Of a stretch of 64,000 nucleotides of DNA, positions 1 to 9,500 are shown piece by piece. Within the stretch, counting starts at the first letter, position 1. Every line of letters starts with the position of its first letter. The DNA is from a virus. Location of the stretch: positions 64,001 to 128,000 of IMG/VR virus record IMGVR_UViG_3300037478_000708, one strand, 5' to 3'. The notes beneath the pieces were generated by a model. The model had not been told where the DNA came from and searched no databases. It saw nothing but the letters and a program-made list of their open reading frames with translations. The position numbers were made by a program, and so were the translations under genes.

Positions 1-1805
1 TCGTCGAGCAGGTCAACGTCTCGACCTTCCTCAGCTCGACGGGCATGGCCGGCGGCGACGATCTGGTCGCGGCTGGGTCCAACGTCGCGGTGCAGATCGG
101 CACCACGGCCGAGGAGACCCTCGACAACTTCCTCGCGGCGCTTACCAGCCTGGGCGTCTCGACGCTGAACATCAGCGGCACCAAGGTCGGCACCGACACG
201 ATCGACCTCGTGAACGGTTCGGTCGGCACGGCGGGCAACATCGCGATCGTGAACGGTGCGACCAACGTCGCCGAGACCGGCATGGCCGGCGGCAGCGACG
301 CGGGCGTCACGCCCGGCGCCGTCGCCGTGGCCGTCGGCTCAACCACGGCCGTCACCGTCGAGAACCTGCGGCAGGCGATCAACAACCAGACCTTCGACGT
401 CACCGCGCTCGCCGGTACGGGCACGATCGCGCAGCTCACGAACACCGTGGCCAACGGCGCGACCGGCAACGTGCCCATTACGGGTACCGACGGCGCCGGT
501 GTGCAGACGCTCGCGGGCATGGCCGGAGGCACCGCTGCGGGCGTGGTCGCGGGCATGACCATCAGCGCGATCACCCCGGGCACCTGGGGCAACTCCGTGC
601 AGGTCGTCGTGCGCCCCACGCAGATCTCGGGCGGCACGGGCTTCGACCTCGACATCATCGCCCCGGTGGGGACCTCCGGCGCGCTGCAGGTCGTCGAGAC
701 GTTCTTCAACCTGTCCACGACGTCCACCAACGCTCGCTTCGTCGAGACCCTCGTCAACACCGGCGTCGTCAACCAGTCCAACCCGAGTCGCTACATCCGC
801 GTGGAGGTCGTCGTCGATCAGGCGCCCGTGGCGGGCACCTACCTGCTCGGCACGACGGTCGCGGGCGTGGACGGTATCACCACCCTGGACGACGCCGACT
901 ACATCGGGACCGCGACGGGAACGCAGGCGACCGGCCTCCAGGCGCTCCGCAACTCGGAGTCGGTGGCCTTCAACCTGCTCGCGATCCCCGGCGTCTCGAG
1001 TGCGGCCGTGATCGCCGAGGCGATCGACGTCTGCGAGTCCCGGCAGGACGCGCTCCTCATCATCGACCCGCCGGCCGACATGACCGTGCAACAGGCCGCG
1101 GACTGGCACAACGGCGTCTCCGTGCTGCCTTCCTCGCCGACCGCGCAGATCGACACGTCCTACGCCTGCGTCTACTGGAGCTGGCCGACCACCGCGAGCG
1201 AGTACCTCCAGACCGTCGTCAAGCTCCCCCCGAGCGGCTTCGTGCTGGCTCAGATGGCGCTCACCGACCGGCAGGTCGGGCACTCCTGGCGGGCCGTCGC
1301 GGGTGCGCAGCGCGGCAAGATCGACGCGCTGTCGGTCGAATACTCGCCGAACCTGGCCGAGCGCAACCTGCTTCTCGGCGGCACGAACGCGGTCAACCCG
1401 ATCGTGACGTTCATCGACTCGGGCATCCAGCTCTACGGCAACGAGACGCTCCAGCGGACGCCCGGTCCGACCGACTCGATCCACATCCGCCGCGGCGTGA
1501 TCGAGCTGAAGCGCAACGCCGTCACGGCCTGTCGGAGCATCCAGTTCGAGCCGAACGATCCGACGACCTGGCGGAACGTGGAGCTGACGGTTCAGCCGCT
1601 CCTCGACTTCCTCGTCAGCGTGCGTGGGCTCGTGCCCGGGGCCAAGGTGATCTGCAACGCGGACACGAACCCGGTCGAGCTGCAAGCGCAGAAGACGGTC
1701 AACGCGAAGATCTTCATCAAGCCGATCGGCGCCGCCGAGACGCTCGAACTCGACTTCGTGCTCGAGGCGATCGGTGCCGGCTCGCTGACCGTGGTGGCCG
1801 CGTAG
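1..1805 (+). CDS. Tail sheath protein (5'-partial; frame open from window start)
   Basis: Sheath hallmarks PGTWGNSVQV, FNLLAIPG, YACVYWSW, PPSGFV, VNPI, G.ETL, IHIRR, FEPNDPTTW, CNADTN; directly upstream of the tube gene; no stop in frame before the ATG at 45. Confidence 0.95.
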   Translation, partial: VEQVNVSTFLSSTGMAGGDDLVAAGSNVAVQIGTTAEETLDNFLAALTSLGVSTLNISGTKVGTDTIDLVNGSVGTAGNIAIVNGATNVAETGMAGGSDAGVTPGAVAVAVGSTTAVTVENLRQAINNQTFDVTALAGTGTIAQLTNTVANGATGNVPITGTDGAGVQTLAGMAGGTAAGVVAGMTISAITPGTWGNSVQVVVRPTQISGGTGFDLDIIAPVGTSGALQVVETFFNLSTTSTNARFVETLVNTGVVNQSNPSRYIRVEVVVDQAPVAGTYLLGTTVAGVDGITTLDDADYIGTATGTQATGLQALRNSESVAFNLLAIPGVSSAAVIAEAIDVCESRQDALLIIDPPADMTVQQAADWHNGVSVLPSSPTAQIDTSYACVYWSWPTTASEYLQTVVKLPPSGFVLAQMALTDRQVGHSWRAVAGAQRGKIDALSVEYSPNLAERNLLLGGTNAVNPIVTFIDSGIQLYGNETLQRTPGPTDSIHIRRGVIELKRNAVTACRSIQFEPNDPTTWRNVELTVQPLLDFLVSVRGLVPGAKVICNADTNPVELQAQKTVNAKIFIKPIGAAETLELDFVLEAIGAGSLTVVAA

Positions 1806-1842
1806 TTCCCTCTCTGATCCAATCCACTAAGGAGCCCTTCCC

Positions 1843-2379
1843 ATGCCCCTCGACACTCTGAACGCCGACCACATCGGCCAGGTCGGAGGCGGCTTCGAGC
1901 CGCAGCGTCAGAACAACATCTTGTTCTACGTGACCGGTCTCGCCGGGAACGAGAACGACGTCATCACGCTGTCGTTCACGTCGGGTCCGCTGCCGAAGTC
2001 GACCATCACGCCCATCGAAGTCAGGTACCTGAACCAGATCCGCAAGTTCGCGGGTACCCCGACGTTCGAGGACATGCCGATGGTCTTCAACGACTACGTG
2101 GACCAGGGCACGGCGAAGGTGCTCGCGGACTGGTTCTACCTCGCGCACAACCCGCTCACGGGCAAGACCGCGCTCGCGTCGCAGTACAAGAAGAACGGGC
2201 GCATGGTCCTCTACGGTCCGAACGGCGAGTTCGACCGCGAGTGGGAGATCCAGGGCGCGTGGGTCTCCAACTACGACCCGGGCGACTCCGACCACGAGGG
2301 CGAGGACCGCGTGCGCATCAACTGCACGCTCACGATCGACAAGGCGATCTACGTGCCCTCCGGCCTGACCTCCGCCTGA
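1843..2379 (+). CDS. Tail tube protein (T4 gp19-like)
   Basis: 178 aa after the sheath, RBS AAGGAG; FEPQRQN, KFAG.PTFE, YKKNG.M.LYGPNG, W.IQGAW pattern. Confidence 0.9.
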   Translation: MPLDTLNADHIGQVGGGFEPQRQNNILFYVTGLAGNENDVITLSFTSGPLPKSTITPIEVRYLNQIRKFAGTPTFEDMPMVFNDYVDQGTAKVLADWFYLAHNPLTGKTALASQYKKNGRMVLYGPNGEFDREWEIQGAWVSNYDPGDSDHEGEDRVRINCTLTIDKAIYVPSGLTSA

Positions 2380-2385
2380 TCTCCT

Positions 2386-2410
2386 GCCCAGTGACACGCT
2401 GTCACTGGGC
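2386..2410 (+). repeat. Dispersed palindrome copy 1 (GCCCAGTGACA-CGC-TGTCACTGGGC)
   Basis: Core GTGACACGCTGTCAC at 2391-2405 with 11-bp perfect arms; intergenic between tube and chaperone. Confidence 0.95.
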
Positions 2411-2462
2411 TCCGACAACTCACCCCGGGACCTCAACCTCCTGACACCGCAGGAGCCCACTC

Positions 2463-3311
2463 ATGGCCGAACTAGGTTGGATCGACTACACCCTCCCCTC
2501 TCGGGGGAGGGTCTACGGGAGCCGGCTTCCCGACGGCAAGGTGCAGATCCGCACCATGACCGCGCGCGAGCAGGCGAAGCTGAGCCAGCAAGGTGGCGGG
2601 ATCGTCGGGAAGGTGAACGCCATCGTCAACGCGTGCGTGCGTCTGCCCGAGGACTTCGGGAGCGCCAAGCAGCTCATCCTGACGGACCGCTTCTCGCTCT
2701 TGCTTGCGATCCGCACGAAGACGTTCGGGCCGGTCTACGAGTACGAGTACCGCTGCGGCGGTTGTGGCGATCAGGTCAAGTCCGTCGTCAACATCGTCGA
2801 GGACTTGGACGAGCGCACGCCCACGGACGACTTCGAGGAGCCCTTCGCAGTGCTCCTGCCCGACTCGGGGAAGACGGTGCGGCTACGCCTCCTGCGCGGC
2901 ATCGACGAGGATCAGATCGTCGCGAACGCGCGTCGGATCCAGATGCAGTCCAACGATCCCGACGATCCGTCCTACCTGATCCGGGTCGCAATGCAGCTCG
3001 TCTCCGTCGACGAGGAGGAGGAGCCGTACAAGCCGCTTCCCTTCCGTCAGCGCTTCATCGAGAACCTGTCGGCCGGAGACCTCATCGCCCTGGAGGACGC
3101 GGTGAACGACGTCGAGCCCGGGATCGACACGCGGGTCTACCCCGCGTGCCCGCGTTGCGAGTACGTCAGCGAGATCAGCATGCCCTTCGTGGCCGAGTTT
3201 TTTCGTCCGAAGCGGCGGAGTCGACCTGCCAACGCTGGAAGCGAACACGTTCTTCCTCGTGTACCACGGCAAGGGGTTCACGAAGGAGGACGTGGACAAC
3301 ATGACGATTGA
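2463..3311 (+). CDS. Tail assembly / baseplate hub chaperone (T4 gp26-like)
   Basis: LPSRG..Y, IR.MTAREQ, L.LTDR, CxxC (CGGC), LRLLRG.DE, CPRC, MPF..EFFRP; position after the tube gene. Confidence 0.85.
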   Translation: MAELGWIDYTLPSRGRVYGSRLPDGKVQIRTMTAREQAKLSQQGGGIVGKVNAIVNACVRLPEDFGSAKQLILTDRFSLLLAIRTKTFGPVYEYEYRCGGCGDQVKSVVNIVEDLDERTPTDDFEEPFAVLLPDSGKTVRLRLLRGIDEDQIVANARRIQMQSNDPDDPSYLIRVAMQLVSVDEEEEPYKPLPFRQRFIENLSAGDLIALEDAVNDVEPGIDTRVYPACPRCEYVSEISMPFVAEFFRPKRRSRPANAGSEHVLPRVPRQGVHEGGRGQHDD

Positions 3312-3426
3312 TGAGCTGCTTCGCTACGCGCGGAGGCTCGCAGACCAGAAGAAGGCCGAGCAGGAAGCCTACGACGAGGCCGTGCGCAAGGCGAAGCGCA
3401 AGTCGAAGCAGCGCTCCCGCCGCTGA
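3199..3426 (+). CDS. Frameshift extension of the chaperone (gp51/'T'-like segment), +1 frame, absent from the ORF track
   Basis: +1 frame after GAG TTT TTT CGT reads FVRSGGVDLPTLEANTFFLVYHGKGFTKEDVDNMTIDELLRYARRLADQKKAEQEAYDEAVRKAKRKSKQRSRR*; no ATG/GTG/TTG before the FFLVYH motif. Confidence 0.75.
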   Translation, partial: FFVRSGGVDLPTLEANTFFLVYHGKGFTKEDVDNMTIDELLRYARRLADQKKAEQEAYDEAVRKAKRKSKQRSRR

Positions 3427-3487
3427 AAGCCCCGCGTAGACGCGTCCCTCTGGGCTTCCTACACTCGTCCCGACGCGGAGGTAACCG

Positions 3488-4744
3488 GTGGCAGCAGAGT
3501 GGAATCAAGCCTCGTTTCAGTTCGACCCGGTGGGTCTATCCCACACGTTCACGTACATCATGGACAAGATCGAGAACTTCTTGATCTTGTCCGGATGGGA
3601 ACGGCCGACCTGGGACGGCGGCGTCTTCGGCCCCGGCACCGTCGGTGCGCCCGATCCGAGTTCCACCGACGCGCGTCACTTCGTCCGTGCGGACCGGACG
3701 ACGCAGGATCGCTGGCGCTACACGGGTGACCTGCTCACGCAGCACGGCGGGATCGTGGTCTGGCACAACCCCGACCCCACGGCGGCCCCTTACGGCCCCA
3801 ACCTCGGCGGTTCCTCGAACGCGAACGAGTCGGGGGAGCAGATCGTCCTCCAGTCCTTTCTGGAGAACTCCGGCGCGACGGCAGTGCAGGTCTACACGCC
3901 GGATCATGTGGGGCTCTTCTCGACGTTCAACCGCTTCGGGTCGGTTCGCCTCGTGGTGGACAACCTCGCCGTCAACAACTACTTGCTGTACGGCGGCGAG
4001 GACGGGCTCTACATCGAGGTCGGTCGCGACAGCTCGCCGAACAACATCGGGCACGGCGCGATCATGACCTTCGGGGAGATCCCCGAGCTGCACGGCACGC
4101 GCGGCTTCGCGACGAAGTGGACGGCGCAGGGTCTCGTCTGCGACTTCCGCGGGCGCTGTCGCTTCTCGCAGAGTCGCAATGACCGCTTCGTGTCGAACGA
4201 CGGATCGAACAAGAACTTCACCGCGTCGTTGCAGCCGTACTCCCCACGCGGCACTGCGGACGTCGACTCGCTGGCTACGCTCATCGCCAACCAGCGTCCG
4301 TACTACATCGGTGCGCGCGACAACTTCTTGTCGATGGGTTACGGGAGCCCCTCGACGACGACTTCGGATTTCGGCACATCCAGCTCCGGCATCTCGTCCA
4401 AGTACGCGGCGACGCTCGGGCTCATCGACACGCCGAAGGACGATCGAATTCGGATCTCACCCCTCGTCATGATTCAGGAGGTTGCGCACGTCAACGCGGG
4501 CGTGACGAGTGCGCTCAGCTCGAACAACGTGGCTGCGGCCGGGAGTGCACTGTCGCTGATCGACATCCGCGACAAGATGCGGCAGATCTTCCGCTTCGCG
4601 GCTGCGGACCACACGCTCATCCCGTCGCTCTCCGTCGTGGACGCCGTGAGCGGCGCCACCTACCGAATCGCGCGCTTCGACGATGATGGTCGCTTCTCGC
4701 AATTCGGCGTCGAAGTTCCCACCGCCACGCTGACGCTGCCGTAG
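3488..4744 (+). CDS. Putative virion structural protein
   Basis: 418 aa, RBS GGAGG, coding-like codon usage; N-terminal 'IENFLILSGW' pattern of tail-associated proteins. Confidence 0.6.
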   Translation: MAAEWNQASFQFDPVGLSHTFTYIMDKIENFLILSGWERPTWDGGVFGPGTVGAPDPSSTDARHFVRADRTTQDRWRYTGDLLTQHGGIVVWHNPDPTAAPYGPNLGGSSNANESGEQIVLQSFLENSGATAVQVYTPDHVGLFSTFNRFGSVRLVVDNLAVNNYLLYGGEDGLYIEVGRDSSPNNIGHGAIMTFGEIPELHGTRGFATKWTAQGLVCDFRGRCRFSQSRNDRFVSNDGSNKNFTASLQPYSPRGTADVDSLATLIANQRPYYIGARDNFLSMGYGSPSTTTSDFGTSSSGISSKYAATLGLIDTPKDDRIRISPLVMIQEVAHVNAGVTSALSSNNVAAAGSALSLIDIRDKMRQIFRFAAADHTLIPSLSVVDAVSGATYRIARFDDDGRFSQFGVEVPTATLTLP

Positions 4745-4750
4745 GATCCC

Positions 4751-6577
4751 ATGACTGCCTTCGGTCAGAACATCATCCCCACGATCTACGAGGACAACAC
4801 CTTCCGCACCTTCTCCAAGGCCGGCATGTTGAGCCACCTCGTTCGTGCGCTCGTCACTGTCGGCATGGAGCCGCTGACCGGCCTGTGGCCGTTCGATCCG
4901 ATTGCGGAGCCGGAGTTCCCGCTTCAGCAGGGGCAGGTCTACCCCTTCGCCTTCGACTATCCCGACGACGGCGGCGTGCTGACGTTCAACGTCAACGGCA
5001 CGCTCTACCGTCCGTGTCTGCTCGTCGTCGTGGGCCACGGCAACGAGGATCTCACGACCAACCCGGGTCGCATGGAGAAGACCCTGCTCGTCGAGAACGC
5101 GATCCGCTTCGACGGGCCGCCCGTGCTCGACAACATCTACACGATGAGCCGGACGCGGGGTCAAAGTGGGCTTATCGGTCTCGGCACCCCGACGACGGCT
5201 TACGATACGGTCTACCCGGATCAGAGCGGTCAGCAGATCACGAAGGAGGACTGGCTTCCGTACCAAGGATCGGTTGCCGGCAACCAGTCGACGTTGGCGG
5301 TCGGTCACTGGTTCGTGTACCTCGGTCCGGCGGGGCTCTTCGTCTACGTCGGCGGTGGCTCGGGCCGCGTCGCCTTCGGGGACCAGATCGCGATGGGGTG
5401 CATCTTCGGCGGGGCGCGTATTCCCGGCCGGGCCAAGCCCGTGCTCGAGGACAGCAACCTCGCGAGGATCAACCCGGCCATCCCGATGTACCTCCGGGAG
5501 ACCAACACCGCGGGGACTGCCGGTTCAAACTTCTGGCACGTCGGCGGATCGAACCCGCTCTTCGATCAGACGTTCCGTCCGAAGATCCACCGCATGCAGG
5601 CGGACCTGAAGTTCACGGAGGAGATCGTGAACTCGTGGCTCTTCAACTTGGAGAACGTCGAGTATCCGATCTTCCCGCTCTACCAGCCGGACACCCGGCC
5701 CAGTCCGCGCGAGATCTCCACCGGCGGGGGTGGGCACATCCTGGCGTACGCCGTGCACGTTCCGGACGGTCTGGAGACGGACGCGACCGACAAGTACGGG
5801 CCGATCATTCCGTCCCTGCACGCCAGCGAGGTGCGCCCGCTCTACGAAGACGTCTTCACGGGACTCGGCTTCCGTTTCTGCGACATCTCCGCGCCGCTGG
5901 GCTTGCACACGGACCCGAACACGCTGCTCGATTGGTTCCTCGTCCCGACCTACAACTCGGGGCAGACGATCGGCTTGCTGCACGAGAACGGCACGACGGT
6001 CGACACGCTCGCGACGGTGACGCTCACCGCGAGCGGCAGTGACTTCTACAACATGACCACGAGCGGGTGGTCGAGCGTGTTCCCGACGCCCGTGACGATC
6101 CTCGAAACCGGCACCTCAACGGCCGTCTGGAGCGACGACCCCGGATTCGACCGACAGATCTTCGTGGTCCCCGACCAGATCTCCACGCAGACCTATCAGG
6201 TTCAGTGGAACATCGATCTGGATACCGGAGACCCGGGCGACACGCTCTATCAGGTGTCGTTCGCGGCCTTCAATCGGGACGACCCGCAGACGGGATCGAA
6301 CCCCTCCGAGGGCTTCAACCCGCTGCTCTTCCAGTACAACTTCAACGGCGTGTGGATCACGGTGCTCACGATCGAGTGCGCCGGCACCAACCCCGCGTTC
6401 GTCAACTCCGAGGGGGAGCTGAGCTACACGCCGCAGAGCTACGCGGCCTTCGTCGCCAAGGACACGAGTTTGGGGACCCCGCGACTCACCGTGCGCTGGA
6501 ACGTGCAGGGCGACACGCAGCGCGGAGCGAACGGAGAGGTCACGACGATCACGGTCAACAAGTTCCGCTATCTGTGA
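4751..6577 (+). CDS. Putative virion structural / tail-associated protein
   Basis: 608 aa, tightly coupled in the tail operon; beta-rich C-terminus. Confidence 0.6.
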   Translation: MTAFGQNIIPTIYEDNTFRTFSKAGMLSHLVRALVTVGMEPLTGLWPFDPIAEPEFPLQQGQVYPFAFDYPDDGGVLTFNVNGTLYRPCLLVVVGHGNEDLTTNPGRMEKTLLVENAIRFDGPPVLDNIYTMSRTRGQSGLIGLGTPTTAYDTVYPDQSGQQITKEDWLPYQGSVAGNQSTLAVGHWFVYLGPAGLFVYVGGGSGRVAFGDQIAMGCIFGGARIPGRAKPVLEDSNLARINPAIPMYLRETNTAGTAGSNFWHVGGSNPLFDQTFRPKIHRMQADLKFTEEIVNSWLFNLENVEYPIFPLYQPDTRPSPREISTGGGGHILAYAVHVPDGLETDATDKYGPIIPSLHASEVRPLYEDVFTGLGFRFCDISAPLGLHTDPNTLLDWFLVPTYNSGQTIGLLHENGTTVDTLATVTLTASGSDFYNMTTSGWSSVFPTPVTILETGTSTAVWSDDPGFDRQIFVVPDQISTQTYQVQWNIDLDTGDPGDTLYQVSFAAFNRDDPQTGSNPSEGFNPLLFQYNFNGVWITVLTIECAGTNPAFVNSEGELSYTPQSYAAFVAKDTSLGTPRLTVRWNVQGDTQRGANGEVTTITVNKFRYL

Positions 6578-6586
6578 GCGACGCTC

Positions 6587-9500
6587 ATGGCGGATTTCAC
6601 GCTTTCAGGACAGCCCGTCGGGAACCCCGATGAGTTCCCGATCGAGCCCGTAGCGCAGATCAGCGGCGACCTCACGATCGCCGCTGTTATCGACCCGAGC
6701 CTGCTCAGCGCGAGCGCCACCGTTTCGGGCTTCGTGGTCCTCGCGCTCGTCGGCACGGTCACGGGCACGCCGAACCTCGGTGTGGGCGGGGGCCCGATCT
6801 TCGGGACCTTCGCGTCGGCCGCGTCGCTCAACCTGCCTTTCGCGCTGCTCGGCGGGGCCCTCAACGCGGACCTGGCTGCGACCGGTGTCGCGGCCGAGCT
6901 GGGCGTGCTTCCGATCTACGCCCCCGCGCAGCTCAGCGGCACGCTCTCCGTGCAGGCGTCGGTGTCCGGCCTACTCTCGGGGACGGCCGCACTCGACGGC
7001 GGCTCGAGCCACGAGGAGTTCATCGGAGCGGGCGACGTCCTCGGGAATGAGCTTCTCTCCGCGGCGGCCTCCGCGAACATGACCGGGGAGCCCGACACGC
7101 TCAAGGATGGGGGCTCCCCTCCCTTCGTCATCTTCGACGGCTCGACGCAGTACCTCTTCTACCCCGACCAGACCGACGCCGACCTGCGGGGCGGCGCCGC
7201 GTTCTCCTGCGCCGTGGTCTTCGATCCGGAGGTCGTCAACAACGGCGGCACGGGAACGCTCGTCGGCAAGCACGACCCGGGCTCGACCGAGTGGGGCTGG
7301 CGCGTTCACTGGGACGCTACGACGGGCGAGGTCACCGTCATCGTCTCCAGTGCGGCCGACGGATCGAATCGCGCGACGCGCACGACGGCCGTCGGCGGTG
7401 CCGGTATCCGCAACCGCACCGTGGTCGCGTTCACTTGGGACAGCTCCGCGCTCGAGCTGTACGTCGCCGGGTCGTCGTCTCAGGGTGCGCAGTCCGACAC
7501 GGGTACGCCTGGCGCGATGGTGGCCGGGAATGCTCAGTTCGCGATCGGTGCGGACAGTTTGGGTAGCGCGCCCGCGAACTTCTTTCAGGGTGCGATTCAC
7601 GCCGTTCACGTCTTCGACGACGTACTCAGCTCGGGTGAGGTCGCCACGATCGACGAGTCGGGCTACGTTCCCGGTCCGCTCGTCGACGCGAACCTCGTCG
7701 CCTCCTGGCGTCCGGACCGCATCGAAGGTTCGACGTCTAACATCGTCATCAAGCGCTGGCGCGATGAGGCCGGCGCGCGCGAGCTGACGATGGTGAACCA
7801 GCCGCTCTGCTTCCCCGGCATTGCCGAGCATCTGCGTTGGTTCTGCGACGAGTGGGACATGGATTTCGTGAACGCGCAGGTCGTGGGCGTTTCCCTCGAC
7901 CAGAACCTCGCCTCCAATTACCCGCTCTCGACGTCGAGCACGAACATCGTCGAGAACGGCGGTTTCCGTCGCTATCAGCCCCCGACGTTTCAGCTCGAGC
8001 CGGAGATCGTCTCCGGGTTCCGCACGGAGTTCCACGACATCACGGTCATCTGGGGTGGGCGCAAGGACAGCAACTCCGCGGCCGACGTGGTGTGGCTCGA
8101 GCTGTACGGCCTTCAGGTCTACTACGACGCGCAGACGCTCGAACTGGATGTCTATCAGGGAGCGGTCGGTACTCCCACGCGCTATCAGTTCGGCGTCTCC
8201 GTGGTGGGTATGGAGGGCACCGTTCCGAACGGTGCGGCCACGGTCTTCGCGCTGCGCTACAACAAGCAGCTCGATCAGTTCACCCTGTTCATCAATGGGG
8301 TGAAGAAGTTCGAGATCTCCACGGCCGTAACGGGCACGGCGATCTCGAACACGGGGCTGCGATTCTGTGAATCTGTGGACTGGGCCGCGATCAACCCCTT
8401 CGCTCCGCAGACCGCGCGCCGAGCCGCGAAGATCATCCCGGCGTGCCTTCCGGACCTGCTCCTCTCGCAGACGCTCAACGAGCTGCAGCCGGGCGTCTAC
8501 GGTCAGCCGGACGGCTTGGACGGTCGCATGCGCGCGGCTCTCCGCGAGGCGCCTCAGATCGGGGGCGACCTGCTCTTCGGGCAGCTCGTCGGCGTGGACT
8601 ACGACATCACGCGAGAGGTCGACGACGAGCCCCCGTCTCCGCGTGCGACCTTCGAGCCGCACCCGGAGGGCTCGGGCACGATCGAGTTCGACGGTCTGCC
8701 GCTGGACGGCGAGCAGGTCACGATCTCCGACGGCACGACCACGGTGACACTGGAGTTCGACAACAACTCCAGCGTGTCGCCGGGCACCCTTCAGGTGCCG
8801 ATCTCCGTGACGATCACGCAGACGCTCCTGAACGTCGCGAGCGTCATCTCGACGTCGGGGCTCAACCTGACCGCGGGTGCTCCGGTCGTCTTCACGCTGG
8901 ACGGCGTGAACGAGGTCGGCTACGTGCGCATCCGGCAGGACGACCTTGCCGACGGGGACCTGCCGCTCATGACGGTTCCTACGGGGCCGCTCGGCAACGT
9001 GCGCGTGACGGGGCCTTATCGGGTGCAGGGACCGCGCGGCTCGCTGGAGCTGTTCGGGCAGCCGGCGGACGGGGATCAGTTCGTGGTCAACGACCGCGTG
9101 AACCCGGTGCGCACGTTCGAGTTCGACTCCGGCGGCGGCGTCACCGCGGGTGCCGTGGCGGTCACGATCGGCGCGGACGTCGAAGAGACGATGGACAACC
9201 TCGTCGTGGCCGTGAACGCCTCTGGGCTCGCGCTCACGGCCTTCCCGACGATCGCCTTCAGCTCCTACGGGGGTGCCGTCATCGACCGGGCCTACTCGGT
9301 CGTCGAGCACGCCCGCTCCAGTGACCCGACGGACTACGCGAACCGTTTCGACGCGGCGATCACGACGCCGACGAACGTCTCTGGCAACCTGGCCGCGACG
9401 GGCATCGAACAGCCCAAGCCTTTCGAGGAAGCGCTACAGGTCCAACAGTCGTCCGTCTACGGGCAACTCAATAGCGCGATCGAGTCGCTCTACGTCGACG

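Noticed and set aside
6971-9310. Long antisense or overlapping ORFs (also 339-1685, 11295-12623, 19762-21345, 22278-24245, 33507-35639, 49866-51392, 54831-56390, 60978-62201)
   Set aside because: Shadow ORFs opposite well-supported genes, expected from high GC3 codon bias; Arg/Val/His-rich with no recognisable motifs.
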